The position numbers and the translations under genes were made by a program. Of a stretch of 64,000 nt of DNA, positions 46,446 to 57,330 are shown piece by piece (position 1 is the first letter of the stretch; each line of letters opens with the position of its first letter). The notes under the pieces were generated by a model, which worked only from the letters and a program-made list of their open reading frames with translations, had not been told where the DNA came from and ran no database searches. Source of the DNA: a virus; IMG/VR virus record IMGVR_UViG_3300037264_001145, positions 1-64,000 of that record. The stretch is one strand, 5' to 3'.

Positions 46446-47534
46446 ATGGACGCTTTACAAATAGAAAAAACAATTGACATTATATCGTGCGACAAGGTGT
46501 TTACGGAGCAAATATTAGGTGATGGTTCATCAATTGAACTCATACTTTATAATTCTTCCCTTTCTGACAGAAAAAGATCCGTTCTCGTCTACGAAAAAGC
46601 ATATTTAAAAGCTATAGAGATTGGTCTTTTGACAGAAGAAGAATTAAAAATGTTTTATATTGAAGCTGATCTGTGGAGCGTAGACAAGGAAATACGTATA
46701 GAAACTATTAGAAGCGATATCCACAAAATAACCAAGGGTTTACTTAGTTTGATATTTTATCCAAGTAAACTAAGAATGGCCAAGGCTATGCTTAGAAAAG
46801 CAGAAAAAGAACTTAGAAATCTGATCGTAGAAAAAATGACCCTACTGAGACACACCGCAGAAGATTACGCACTATCTCAAAAACAAAGATACATTATTTC
46901 AAAAGTTGTTCATGTTGACGACGGCAGATTCTGGAAATCGGATCGTGATTTTGACAACGAACAAGATATTCAGTTAGTTAATAGATTGTGTTCTTTATTG
47001 TTTGATGAATCAAGATTGGGAATTAAAATTATTAAGGAAGTGGCAAGGTCTAATCAGTGGAAAGTTATCTGGTCTGCAACTAAAAATTCTGGAAATTTAT
47101 TTGAAACACAACCTATTTGTTGGACAGATAATCAAATAGATTTGGCTTATTGGTCTTCTGTTTATGATATGGTCTTAGAAGCTTATGAACGACCCTCTAA
47201 AGAGATTATAGACGACGACGATCTATTAGATTCTTGGTTCATCAATCAACACGACAAAATAGAAGAAAAAGCTAAGGGGAGTAAAATGGATGCTTTGAAA
47301 ACTAACAAGAATGGAAAACAAGAGATTTTTGTTTTTTCAGATAGAGAAGGGGCCAAAGAAGTTTATGGGTTAAACGACAGTATAACAAGATCAAAAATCA
47401 AAGCCAAACAAAAAACCATAAGTTTAAAAGGTCGTATAGCCGAACAAGATCTGCCAGAGAGCCAAACAGAGATGCGGGAACAAATGGTTAATAAACTTAG
47501 GAATCAGATGGGGAATATAAGCAAGGGGAAGTAG
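46446..47534 (+). CDS. Hypothetical tail-region protein (chaperone-like)
   Basis: Helical 362-aa protein between tail tube and tape measure genes; own promoter-like motif at 46379. Confidence 0.5.
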   Translation: MDALQIEKTIDIISCDKVFTEQILGDGSSIELILYNSSLSDRKRSVLVYEKAYLKAIEIGLLTEEELKMFYIEADLWSVDKEIRIETIRSDIHKITKGLLSLIFYPSKLRMAKAMLRKAEKELRNLIVEKMTLLRHTAEDYALSQKQRYIISKVVHVDDGRFWKSDRDFDNEQDIQLVNRLCSLLFDESRLGIKIIKEVARSNQWKVIWSATKNSGNLFETQPICWTDNQIDLAYWSSVYDMVLEAYERPSKEIIDDDDLLDSWFINQHDKIEEKAKGSKMDALKTNKNGKQEIFVFSDREGAKEVYGLNDSITRSKIKAKQKTISLKGRIAEQDLPESQTEMREQMVNKLRNQMGNISKGK

Positions 47535-47535
47535 T

Positions 47536-47892
47536 ATGGACCAACTTGATCGTCTAGCTGATTTAAGAAAAAAACAATTGAACGACGCTAAAGTTAGTAG
47601 GAATGAAAAAAACAAGGAAAGGTTTAAGAATATTTGCAAGAAAAAATTTCAAACATGTTTCATTTTCCCCTTAGCGGAATTCGAGGAGGCGTTTGGTAAA
47701 GAATTATTGGGAACAGGATCTCAAGAATATGAATTGACGGACGAGCAAAAGGCAAACAGGATTAAATGGAATCAACTTAGAAAAAACATTTTGGACAAAG
47801 GAAATTCACAGATGAGGGCTTTTTTGTCGGAGATTGAATTGTACGATATTCAATACCGAGGATATCATGTCAATTTTACGGGAGCAAAATAA
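47536..47892 (+). CDS. Hypothetical protein
   Basis: 118 aa; TAATG overlap with the next gene. Confidence 0.6.
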   Translation: MDQLDRLADLRKKQLNDAKVSRNEKNKERFKNICKKKFQTCFIFPLAEFEEAFGKELLGTGSQEYELTDEQKANRIKWNQLRKNILDKGNSQMRAFLSEIELYDIQYRGYHVNFTGAK

Positions 47893-48731
47893 TGGAAGAC
47901 GTTAAGGAATATTTGTTGGCCAAAAGTGAGGACGGGGTAGATGTTGAAATTTATGTTATTTCTCCAACACATAAAATAATTCAAGATGCGAGTTTAATCT
48001 ATAATATGAAAGTTGCTTCTCTTATACGAGGAGGGAAAAATGTTAACGAAAGATTGCTTTTACGAGCAGAAGTAGAAGAATATTTAGAAAAATTTAATAT
48101 ATGGACCAATGAGGATAGATTGCGAATGGAACAACTAGGATTACGTATTCGATCAATAGAACTCTTGATGAAAAAGGGCGGGATAAAATTATCCGAAGGC
48201 AGACAATTAACAATAGAGACAGGAAGATTAAGAGAACAAATGCTTCAGTTGTATAACAAAAGACAACAATTAGATTCTGCTACAATAGAATCTGTTGCAG
48301 AAAATCACAGATTTAATTTTCTTATCTCTCAATGTGTTTTCAAAAAATCAACGGAACAACCATATTATGGAAGTTTCACTGACTATTTGAATAGGTCTTT
48401 TGAGCAAGTCGCAATAACAGGGGCGAAGAAACTTGCGGAAATGTTATATGGATTGAGCGACAATATTAAAGATACTCTTTTTGAAAACAAGTGGCTTAAA
48501 AAGGCTGGATTTGTTAACGACGATGGAAAATATATAGATAAACAGGGAAGATTAACCGACATAGATGGTCGCCGCATTAACGAAAACGGAAGATTTATTG
48601 ACGAAGAAGGAAATCTTGTAGATAAACATGGAAATTCAGTTGACCAATCGGGGGATTTTCTTGTTGTTGAATCACAACCATTTATAGATGACGAAACTGG
48701 AAATGCGGTAGTGTTTAAAGAAGGTGATTAA
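47892..48731 (+). CDS. Putative tail assembly chaperone
   Basis: Directly upstream of the tape measure gene; C-terminal D..G..(V/I) short repeats. Confidence 0.5.
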   Translation: MEDVKEYLLAKSEDGVDVEIYVISPTHKIIQDASLIYNMKVASLIRGGKNVNERLLLRAEVEEYLEKFNIWTNEDRLRMEQLGLRIRSIELLMKKGGIKLSEGRQLTIETGRLREQMLQLYNKRQQLDSATIESVAENHRFNFLISQCVFKKSTEQPYYGSFTDYLNRSFEQVAITGAKKLAEMLYGLSDNIKDTLFENKWLKKAGFVNDDGKYIDKQGRLTDIDGRRINENGRFIDEEGNLVDKHGNSVDQSGDFLVVESQPFIDDETGNAVVFKEGD

Positions 48732-48733
48732 TA

Positions 48734-51700
48734 GTGGCAGCATTTGTTCTTGATGTCAATTTGCAGGTTCAAAAGGTTCTTGGCTTAGAGGCGGTTAAGC
48801 AGCAACTTGCTGGTGTTGACGGCTCTGCGGCCACTGTTGGTGTTGGCGTTAAGGGAGCGGCACAATCTGCAACTGCTCTTAACGCGACCGCTACTGCTGC
48901 AACGGCTGCGTCTGCAAGTATTGCAAATATAGGATTTGTTTCAAATAAATCGGAAGTAGAACTCGACAATCTTATAAAATCATTAAAATTATCTGGAGGC
49001 ACCATTGAAAAAACCGCTGGTCTTTTTGACGATTATGGTCATAGAGTAGGCTTGGCTGGAGCAAGATATTCTGCGTTTATTGCTGCTACTGCTATTCCAT
49101 TTGCCGGACTAGCTGCTTTAGGCGCTGGGGTACGGTCTATAGTAGAATTTGATAGTGCTATGATTAAATTATCTCAAATATTGCAACAACCACAAGATCA
49201 AATAGACGCCTTAAGAGAAAAAATGATTAAATTATCAACACAAACAGGAACGTCGCTAAAAGAGATATCTGATGCCGCCTCAACTCTTGCACAAGCTGGT
49301 TTTTTACAGAATACGGGAGATTTTGAAAAATTTCTGGAACCACTCGCCAAGGTTCCATTGCTTCCAACTTTCAAAGATATAGGACAAGCGACAGAAGGTG
49401 TTATTGCTGCGCTTGGTCAGTTTAAGGATGCCGCTCTTGAACCGATTGATGTATTGGACAAATTAACTAATGTTGCCGCTAAATTTGCTGTAGAATCATC
49501 GGACTTAAATACTGCTTTACAAATAGCTGGAGGAACATTTTCTCAACTTGGTGGAAGCATAGACGAATTTTTAGCTATATTCACTACCATAAGACAAACA
49601 ACGCGAGAAAACGCATCTTCTATCGCTACTGCGTTAAAAACTATTGCTACTAGACTTGCTCAACCAGTTACTATTGGTTTCTTGGAGGGGATAGGTGTTG
49701 CTGTTAAAAACGCCGAAGGAGAACTTCTTGGAGTGACTCAAATATTTGAAAATTTGCAAGAAGTTTTTAATGCGTCCGGAAAAGAACAACAAGCCAGAAT
49801 AGCAACACAGCTTGGTGGCGTTAGAAACGTTGGTCGTGTTTTAGCTGGTCTTAGAAACACCGATTTAACATCAGATGTTTTAAATGCTTCTTTAACTTCT
49901 TCCGGTACGGTTGCTGCTACTGCCGCAGAAGGAATGAAAAAATTAAGTGTGCAAATAGATCAGTTAATGGCAAGATTTATTGAATTAGCACAATCTTTAG
50001 CAGAACCATTGTTTATACCACTAATAGAGGGCGCGCTAGCTTTCGGAAACGCTATGGTTACTGTAATTGACGCCCTTGGACCAGCAATACCCTTGCTCGT
50101 ACAATTAATCGGAGTTGCCGCTGGACTAAAGATTTTTCAATTAGCTGCCGCCTCTATTGTAGCTTTTGGTCAATCGCTAGCTGCTCTTAAATTGCCTGGA
50201 ATAACCGCTGGATTAACTGGAATGGCGAATGCTGCCAAGGATATAAGCACGACAGCAGGAGGACAACAAGCCTTTGGTTTTGCTCAACCGCCTCCAGTTG
50301 CACAACAAGGCAAAGAACTGGTTACTGGTACGATTGGACAATTAGCTGGATTGTTAGCGGTAAAAGTAGCTACAGAACAACTAGCAGCCACTTTCGATAA
50401 AACTGATAATAGTGTTGTTAAGCTTGGTCTTAATGCTACGTCTACAGCGGCTACGCTCCTGGGTCTTGGTTCATTACTTGCTGGCAAATCTGTTGGTGGA
50501 CTGTTAAAGGGTGGCGCTTTTGGACTTTCTGGTGGAGCAATAGCTGGTGGTATCGCTGGTGTAGCCGGAGTTCAGGCTATTACAAGTCAATCAGACATAG
50601 ATATAGATGAGCTGGTTGCCAAAGCTGCAAAGACAATTAACGGTTTAGATATTAAAATAACCCAAGGAAGCGAAGAAGATTTAAGCAAAGCCGTTGATCA
50701 ATTGTCACAACCAATAGGTAGAGCTTTTCAAGGTATCGCAGACGAATTTGATATTGGTACTTTTGCTGGTTTTGCTCGTTCCGCTGCTGATCATCTTAAA
50801 AAGTTTTTTACTTTAGACGTAGACGCATTAGGTTTAGATACATCTGATGTTGTAACTACTGGGGGAGCTATAACCAATAAACAAGTTGAAAAATTTATTA
50901 AGGATATGCTTGGTTCAAACGGAGAAAAAGGAAACAAAATATTATCAGAAGCAATATTTGAATTTGGTTCCGATTTTTCGTCGGGGTTGCAGGGAAATTT
51001 AGAAAAATCTCTTGCTCCGTTCGCCGGTCTTGGGGTTGATATCGGAAAACTTGCTTCAAAAATTAGAGAAGAAATAGTTTCCCGCGCTGGTGGGATAGAA
51101 GGTTTAGCAAATCTTGCTAGAGAAGCACAGAAAAAAGCTGAAAACAAATTACTATCAGACAATTTTAAAAAGATTGCCGATGATTTAAAAAATCTTATAA
51201 TACCACAACAACTTGGTGGAGACTTAAGATTACTAGCTGAAGCAGTAAAAGAAACTGTTAAAATAATAAGTAGTGAAAATAGTACTTTTGATCAACTTTT
51301 TGGAACGGTTGGGAAAATAGCTACTCCAAAACTACCTACGAATATTGGAGAAGATGCTACAAAAGGTTTACTTAGACAGGGTGGAGGAGAAGGTGTTTTT
51401 GGGAAAGGAAATTTCGCGCAACTTGATAAGGCTACCCAAGAATTACTGAGATCGCAAAAGGGTATTGCTGATTTTCAAACAGCGGCAGAAGACATGTTCG
51501 CACAGATATCTAAAGGACTTGGTGGACTAGATTTTAATAACATAAGAGTTTTTGACGAGTTTACCAAAGATTTTCTAGCCAATAAAGGACTAGAGCTACC
51601 ACCAGAAACGAAAAAGGCTATTCAAGGTATAGCTCCTGCGTTAGCACAGAAATATAGTGAAGCAATAAGCGCTGGCAGAGCAGGACTAACAGACAAAGAA

Positions 51701-53701
51701 ATAGAAAGTACAATGGAGCAACTTTTTGAGCCACTGCAAAATATTCCAGATGTAGTTGTCAACAGTGCAAGGGAATTGATTAATGCTTCGAATGAAAAAG
51801 CTAATCGGCAACTTGAACTTTTGGACGCAAAGGCTCAAGTTGTAGCTACAGAGACCATCGCGCCACAAACAAGATTAGATGTAATTGCCGCAACGATAGA
51901 CCAACTTGGTCTCTCGGCATCAACCGCAAACACAGACATCCAAAGATTAGCTCAAGGAATGAGGGAAATTCCTGATGCTGACGATATTGGAACGACCGGG
52001 GGTAGAACTCAACGAGCTCCGTTTAATCGAAATCCAGAACAATCCTTGGATAATTTGGCTACAGACACTAAGTTTGCTACTGAATTAACCGATAAATACG
52101 CGGAATCTTTAGCTAGATCGGGAGCGGCACAGAAAAATTATAACGATATTTTCAACAATGTTATTCCTGGAAACCTTAAAGATGCTGAAAATGCTGTAAT
52201 GGATGCTAATGTTGAGCTAAGAGCTTTTAAATCATTAATAATAGAACTTGGCAGAGAAGTGGGTGTTGCTCGTAGTAATCCCATTAAAGGAGGGTCACAA
52301 GATACTCCATCCCAAGCGGACGATGTTGCTAGACAAAACAGGGCTAGGTCAAGGAATCTTGATGCTGTGCAGGAGATACTTGGACCTGTTGCCAAACTAC
52401 TAGAATTGAATGCCGTTGCCTCCGACTCTCAAATTTTTATGGATGCCAACATAATATTCAAGAATAGTGTTGATAGACTAGTTAGTGGTATATCTAGCAG
52501 TATTGATAAGTTAAATCAATTCATTGCTAATGCCGCTGTCGGAACAAAAGACGCGAGAGTTAAGCAATCTGAACCTTTTGATCAAAAAACTAATGGAAAT
52601 GTTCGTTTCGTACAAGACAGAGACGAAAAAGGAAACCCCACAGGTTTGAAAATTGTTCCGGGAGATTCGGATAAAGTAGTTAACAAAATATCCGAAATGA
52701 CTATTGCTGTGAATAAACTTGTTGATACTAGAAGACAAGAAGATCAGCGTGAACTTCAGAGGATGTCACGAACAGGCGATCCAGGTTTTGGACCAAATAT
52801 AGGAATAGACTTTAAAGACATTTCTAATCCATTAAGGGAAGTTGAAGAGGCTATAGTAGATCTTCCTGAAATGATAGCGGAAGAAAACAAAAGAAATCCG
52901 GGTGGACCGCTTAGTCCTCTTGGCACTGACAAGGCAGATATTGGGAAAAATCTTGGTTTCAACGCTACCAAAGGCGGGGGCGTAGAAATATTTCCTAGCG
53001 AAGAGATTAAAGAACTACTGGAAGGCGGTATTAAACCATCAAAGGGCATTAGACCAGAAGATATTGGAGGAGCAGAGAATGATGGTCCTGGGGCAAGCGC
53101 GGATGAAATCGGTGGAGCAGAACAATTCGCGGGCGGGGCGCAGATGTTCGAGTCTGCTGTACAATTTCTATCAGACTCTTTGGCTCCTTTGGATGGTGCT
53201 GTAGAAGGTATACGACTAGCAAATGAAACGCAAGCGTCAGTAGCCGCCGAAACTAACGCATCTTTTCTGTCTAGCTTATCGGAACAAATTTCGACAATGC
53301 TTGCGTCAATGCAACCTGGTGGTCCAGTAGATTCAGTCGCTCCAACAACTCCAACAAATGATGGTGCGGCTGAAGCCGCTACAGCACAACAAGTTGCTGC
53401 TACTAATGCAAATAGTCAAAAATTAGATAGTGTGGGAACTGAAATGGCAGGTGTTTCTAGCAAATTAGACCAAACAGCAGGTGCTTTAGCAAAAGGCATT
53501 AGTGTTCAAGTAAACGCTGTACAAAAAGTTAATGTAGATGTTACTGGTGTTTCACAAGAAATAGAAGGGATAGGAGAGCAATTTGCAGATGCAGCAAGGG
53601 CGATTGCAAAAGAACTGATTAATCAAGTGTTAAGCGATTTGGCTGCTGCTGCTGCAAGCACAGATGAATCCAATAATTTAGAAGGGGCAAAACTTTCATA
53701 A
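48734..53701 (+). CDS. Tail tape measure protein
   Basis: 1655 aa, Ala/Gly-rich; VEFDSAMIKL...EISDAASTLAQAG...IDVLDKL..VAAKFA TMP core; GTG start. Confidence 0.9.
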   Translation: MAAFVLDVNLQVQKVLGLEAVKQQLAGVDGSAATVGVGVKGAAQSATALNATATAATAASASIANIGFVSNKSEVELDNLIKSLKLSGGTIEKTAGLFDDYGHRVGLAGARYSAFIAATAIPFAGLAALGAGVRSIVEFDSAMIKLSQILQQPQDQIDALREKMIKLSTQTGTSLKEISDAASTLAQAGFLQNTGDFEKFLEPLAKVPLLPTFKDIGQATEGVIAALGQFKDAALEPIDVLDKLTNVAAKFAVESSDLNTALQIAGGTFSQLGGSIDEFLAIFTTIRQTTRENASSIATALKTIATRLAQPVTIGFLEGIGVAVKNAEGELLGVTQIFENLQEVFNASGKEQQARIATQLGGVRNVGRVLAGLRNTDLTSDVLNASLTSSGTVAATAAEGMKKLSVQIDQLMARFIELAQSLAEPLFIPLIEGALAFGNAMVTVIDALGPAIPLLVQLIGVAAGLKIFQLAAASIVAFGQSLAALKLPGITAGLTGMANAAKDISTTAGGQQAFGFAQPPPVAQQGKELVTGTIGQLAGLLAVKVATEQLAATFDKTDNSVVKLGLNATSTAATLLGLGSLLAGKSVGGLLKGGAFGLSGGAIAGGIAGVAGVQAITSQSDIDIDELVAKAAKTINGLDIKITQGSEEDLSKAVDQLSQPIGRAFQGIADEFDIGTFAGFARSAADHLKKFFTLDVDALGLDTSDVVTTGGAITNKQVEKFIKDMLGSNGEKGNKILSEAIFEFGSDFSSGLQGNLEKSLAPFAGLGVDIGKLASKIREEIVSRAGGIEGLANLAREAQKKAENKLLSDNFKKIADDLKNLIIPQQLGGDLRLLAEAVKETVKIISSENSTFDQLFGTVGKIATPKLPTNIGEDATKGLLRQGGGEGVFGKGNFAQLDKATQELLRSQKGIADFQTAAEDMFAQISKGLGGLDFNNIRVFDEFTKDFLANKGLELPPETKKAIQGIAPALAQKYSEAISAGRAGLTDKEIESTMEQLFEPLQNIPDVVVNSARELINASNEKANRQLELLDAKAQVVATETIAPQTRLDVIAATIDQLGLSASTANTDIQRLAQGMREIPDADDIGTTGGRTQRAPFNRNPEQSLDNLATDTKFATELTDKYAESLARSGAAQKNYNDIFNNVIPGNLKDAENAVMDANVELRAFKSLIIELGREVGVARSNPIKGGSQDTPSQADDVARQNRARSRNLDAVQEILGPVAKLLELNAVASDSQIFMDANIIFKNSVDRLVSGISSSIDKLNQFIANAAVGTKDARVKQSEPFDQKTNGNVRFVQDRDEKGNPTGLKIVPGDSDKVVNKISEMTIAVNKLVDTRRQEDQRELQRMSRTGDPGFGPNIGIDFKDISNPLREVEEAIVDLPEMIAEENKRNPGGPLSPLGTDKADIGKNLGFNATKGGGVEIFPSEEIKELLEGGIKPSKGIRPEDIGGAENDGPGASADEIGGAEQFAGGAQMFESAVQFLSDSLAPLDGAVEGIRLANETQASVAAETNASFLSSLSEQISTMLASMQPGGPVDSVAPTTPTNDGAAEAATAQQVAATNANSQKLDSVGTEMAGVSSKLDQTAGALAKGISVQVNAVQKVNVDVTGVSQEIEGIGEQFADAARAIAKELINQVLSDLAAAAASTDESNNLEGAKLS

Positions 53702-53716
53702 AAGGAGTATGAGACA

Positions 53717-54532
53717 ATGGCAATTACATCGTTAGACGGTATTATCGCAGGTATGCAACCACCGGAGGATTTTTTGAAGGTCGGTGGAACAATGGAGGCT
53801 GCTGGGGTTCATTATTCTCCATTCTACGTATCTGGTAGACCGGGGGCGGCAACTGCACCAACTGGTTTGAATGGAACGGCCCTAACATCTTATGCTGGCC
53901 AAATTCCATTTCGCAATCCCACTAGTGGCAACTCTTATTTAGCAAGATTTTTTGCCGTAGCTGGTTTGACTGGCATTGCAATTCTTTGTGATAGATTGTG
54001 GCATAATGGTAGTATAAATGCCGCTACCACTACGGAACAAGCAATTACATTTCCAGGTTTGCCCGCAAGATGTCCTCCGGCAACAGGAAGTACTCCAGAT
54101 GCCAGTGGATATAATATTATGTGTGGAATAGAACTTTCTACTGGCGGCGCTGCTGGTGCTATCACAAATACCACACTTAATTATACTAACCAAGCAGGAA
54201 CAACTGGTAGAACTGGAACAATTGCTAGTTTTCCAGCAACTCCACAAGCTGGTACGTTTGTTCCATTTCAACTTCAAGCGGGCGACACTGGTATTCAAGC
54301 AATTGCAGGTATTACGCTTGGAACATCTTATGGTTCAGCGGTTCCTCATTTGGTGATGTATCGTATTCTTGCTCGCGTTGCTGTTCCGGATGTGATAATA
54401 GGAGGTACGGTAGACGCCATAAGTAGCGGCTTCCCTCGATTATATGACGATACAGTTCCATTTTTATTGTGGCTACCTTCGGCTGCTACGGCGATTACTC
54501 TTCAGGGGCATATGATTGTAACGCAAGGATAA
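53717..54532 (+). CDS. Minor tail/virion protein
   Basis: MAITSLDGIIAG...ILCDRLWH; follows the TMP. Confidence 0.6.
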   Translation: MAITSLDGIIAGMQPPEDFLKVGGTMEAAGVHYSPFYVSGRPGAATAPTGLNGTALTSYAGQIPFRNPTSGNSYLARFFAVAGLTGIAILCDRLWHNGSINAATTTEQAITFPGLPARCPPATGSTPDASGYNIMCGIELSTGGAAGAITNTTLNYTNQAGTTGRTGTIASFPATPQAGTFVPFQLQAGDTGIQAIAGITLGTSYGSAVPHLVMYRILARVAVPDVIIGGTVDAISSGFPRLYDDTVPFLLWLPSAATAITLQGHMIVTQG

Positions 54533-54535
54533 CAC

Positions 54536-55603
54536 ATGGCTACCATCAATGGACGTGGAGATTTTCCATTTTCCTCTGTGTGGCCCACAAGGATAGGTCT
54601 TACTCCGGAACAATTTAGGGGCAATTCTGATCAAGACCTTCAAACAGCTTTAGAGCAATGGTTCTTTCAACTCGGAGTCCCCATCAATGATTCTATAGGA
54701 CTGCGTATATCCACCATAGATTTCTGGTATAGTCCGTTAGATCTTTTTATCCCAGGTTACGATACAAAGTCTAACGAAGTTCCATTATTCATTTTTAATT
54801 CAGAAACAATAACTACAAGTGGTGATCTTTTTATTAATGGATACGATTTTGTTTCTGGAACAATAGGTCTCGTGGCCCTTAATCTAATACCAGCAACTGG
54901 GCAACTAAACCTTGTCATTCACGCCCCCCTGCCATCGAGCGGAACTTTTCCTTTATTTATAACTGGTTATAGGGAATCAATTCAGACAACCTTGTTCATG
55001 GCAGTAGATTCTAAAGACATAGCTACAAGTAGATCTTTCCATATCTACGGATCTCCAATAGGCGTAGATTATAGTTTCACAGGACAAAAGATTCCATTAT
55101 TTGTAAAAAGTAAAGTCGCGGATACCATATGGCCTCCGTTGGCATATAGCGTAACGTCCTTATTCATGCAAGCTATTGATGGAACTACAAGCAATAATGC
55201 GTACTGGTCACTATTTTTAAATTCAAACACCGTAATCAATAATGATTTAAGTCTTTACGTAAGCACTTACGAGCCAATAGTAAGTGGGACTATGGATTTA
55301 TTCATTGCTAGAATTCCAGACTATCCAGCACAAGATGGTTACACTCCGATAAATACTTATCAAACACTATTTCTTGAGACGCTGCCTGGAACACAACAAG
55401 AATTAGAACTATATATTTCTGGTATACCCGGACCATCTAACGAACAGATAGATTGTTTTGTAAAAGGTATTCTTGGTATTAATGACACTTTACCATTATT
55501 GTTGTATGGTATTTCTGGTGCGATTAATGATAGTGTGGATTTGTGTCTTTATGGAATTGGCGAACTTTCCGATCCCATAAGCTTATTTGTTAGGGGGTAC
55601 TAA
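54536..55603 (+). CDS. Degenerate DLFIxG-repeat protein
   Basis: LDLFIPG, GDLFING, FPLFITG, MDLFIAR, LELYISG, ISLFVRG. Confidence 0.65.
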   Translation: MATINGRGDFPFSSVWPTRIGLTPEQFRGNSDQDLQTALEQWFFQLGVPINDSIGLRISTIDFWYSPLDLFIPGYDTKSNEVPLFIFNSETITTSGDLFINGYDFVSGTIGLVALNLIPATGQLNLVIHAPLPSSGTFPLFITGYRESIQTTLFMAVDSKDIATSRSFHIYGSPIGVDYSFTGQKIPLFVKSKVADTIWPPLAYSVTSLFMQAIDGTTSNNAYWSLFLNSNTVINNDLSLYVSTYEPIVSGTMDLFIARIPDYPAQDGYTPINTYQTLFLETLPGTQQELELYISGIPGPSNEQIDCFVKGILGINDTLPLLLYGISGAINDSVDLCLYGIGELSDPISLFVRGY

Positions 55604-57321
55604 TGGCTAGAGTAATATATGACGGGAAAGCTATAATTCCGGCACCACTAGTGCAAGTGACCAAAGATTATATTAGAACACAAGATGGCACAAAAATAAG
55701 TGCTCTCTGGGGGATTGAACTAACTGGTACAGCCCTACCATTCAGAGGATCTCCTAGTGGCAATTTTGTTTCACCAGCAAATGCTTTTTGGACATTGGCC
55801 GGTGATCCTCCGGACGAAACTTTTGCAGATAACGACGGCGCTTTTTCAAGCCTGGTAAAAAAAGAAGAAGCCCTTAGATATTTATTTAGTTTCGATGGAC
55901 AGTTATTAGAATTGTATGCTGGCGCTTCTCCGGCTACTATAAGATGTAATCCTAGAGTTGTTTCGGTAGAATTTTCGTCGGGTCAGTGGGTTGATAGATT
56001 AGAATATTCTATAAGATTAGAGGCCGATTGGGTACAGATTGCCGGTTTAGCAAAAAGTACGGAAGATACTTTTGAAGTTGAGTTGATAAGTGACGGGCAA
56101 GAAAAATGGTCTTTTAACGAAGTAACTGGACAAAGTGGTGTGATCCAAGAAGTTTCTCATACTATCACAGCCCAAGGTATTTTAGGGTATGACGCAACAG
56201 GACTTCCTTATTCTGGCGCTGGAGAAACAGCGGGTGGAGAGGCGTGGAAGCACGCGAAGACTTGGTGTGACAATAGGGTGCTTGGGTTTGTTGATCCCGA
56301 TGTGATGCTTGCTGTTCTTGGTGTGACAGGGTTAATTGGTGGGTCTTATGTAAAAAGTTCTAGCATGGGGGAACTCGATGGAGAATATTCCGTTACAGAG
56401 GAGTGGGTTTTATCTCCTCAAAACTATTTTATAGAAAAATCATTTTCGTATAATAGAAACAGGGATGGTGTCATAAGCGTAGATTATGATGGAAAAATTA
56501 TGGGGTTAGAGGACGGAGAAGCAACTGGTGGACCTCTAGCTATAGCAAATGCTAAAGCTGCTATTCCTTCAGATGCCACGGCAAAGACAGAGACAGAACA
56601 GGCTCTTTTAGGAATGTTGGGAACTTTTGTCTTAGGAGTTTCTCCGTCAGAGAAGAAAATTGTTATTGATAATGGAACCGCCGTAATAGACTTCTCTTTT
56701 GGTTGGACGGCTGATGACGAGGAAGAATATACAAGAAAATGTGAAGCGGGTCTTAGTTTCAATATTAATGATTCAACTTACACACTGACTTATAGTTGCG
56801 ATATTGAGGGTCATGGAGACACACCAGAAGACAGACTTGCCAACGCAGAACTTGGAATATTGAACGATGTAGATGCGAGAGCAGCGGCCATCGCGTTAAT
56901 TGGAACCTCCCTCCCTGTCGGTGTCACAATAGCTACGGATTTTCAATCATCTTCTGTATCCAAGAATGAAACCGAAGGAAGTGTTAGATTTTCTTATTCG
57001 TGGAAAAATGATGATGATGAATTCGGAAAATATGAAATTTCTATTGATATAGATTTCCCGCACGATGTCGTTGCTATACTACCAATCCCCGGAAGGGGAG
57101 CCGGACCAATCATCCAAGACATGGAAACAGTAACCCCACAGATAGTTACCGTCTCGCTTAATAGTCTTGGAAACGACACTAAACCAGATAACGCGACTAT
57201 TATTGGAATCATAGAAAATGCGGCTGGTTTTGCTGGTACGTGGCTATTACAAAATGATAAAGAAAATTATTCCCCAACAAGTAAGAAGTACACAAGGACA
57301 AGATCTTATTTAGTTGATTAG
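55603..57321 (+). CDS. Tail tip / distal tail-like protein
   Basis: Acidic, beta-rich 572 aa downstream of the TMP. Confidence 0.55.
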   Translation: MARVIYDGKAIIPAPLVQVTKDYIRTQDGTKISALWGIELTGTALPFRGSPSGNFVSPANAFWTLAGDPPDETFADNDGAFSSLVKKEEALRYLFSFDGQLLELYAGASPATIRCNPRVVSVEFSSGQWVDRLEYSIRLEADWVQIAGLAKSTEDTFEVELISDGQEKWSFNEVTGQSGVIQEVSHTITAQGILGYDATGLPYSGAGETAGGEAWKHAKTWCDNRVLGFVDPDVMLAVLGVTGLIGGSYVKSSSMGELDGEYSVTEEWVLSPQNYFIEKSFSYNRNRDGVISVDYDGKIMGLEDGEATGGPLAIANAKAAIPSDATAKTETEQALLGMLGTFVLGVSPSEKKIVIDNGTAVIDFSFGWTADDEEEYTRKCEAGLSFNINDSTYTLTYSCDIEGHGDTPEDRLANAELGILNDVDARAAAIALIGTSLPVGVTIATDFQSSSVSKNETEGSVRFSYSWKNDDDEFGKYEISIDIDFPHDVVAILPIPGRGAGPIIQDMETVTPQIVTVSLNSLGNDTKPDNATIIGIIENAAGFAGTWLLQNDKENYSPTSKKYTRTRSYLVD

Positions 57322-57330
57322 GAGAAAGAA

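Noticed and set aside
47536-48731. Programmed -1 frameshift in tail chaperone genes
   Set aside because: The heptamer A AAA AAC near 47780 is followed by a TGA in the -1 frame; only a weak AAAA-TAA slip remains, and the TAATG overlap explains the coupling.
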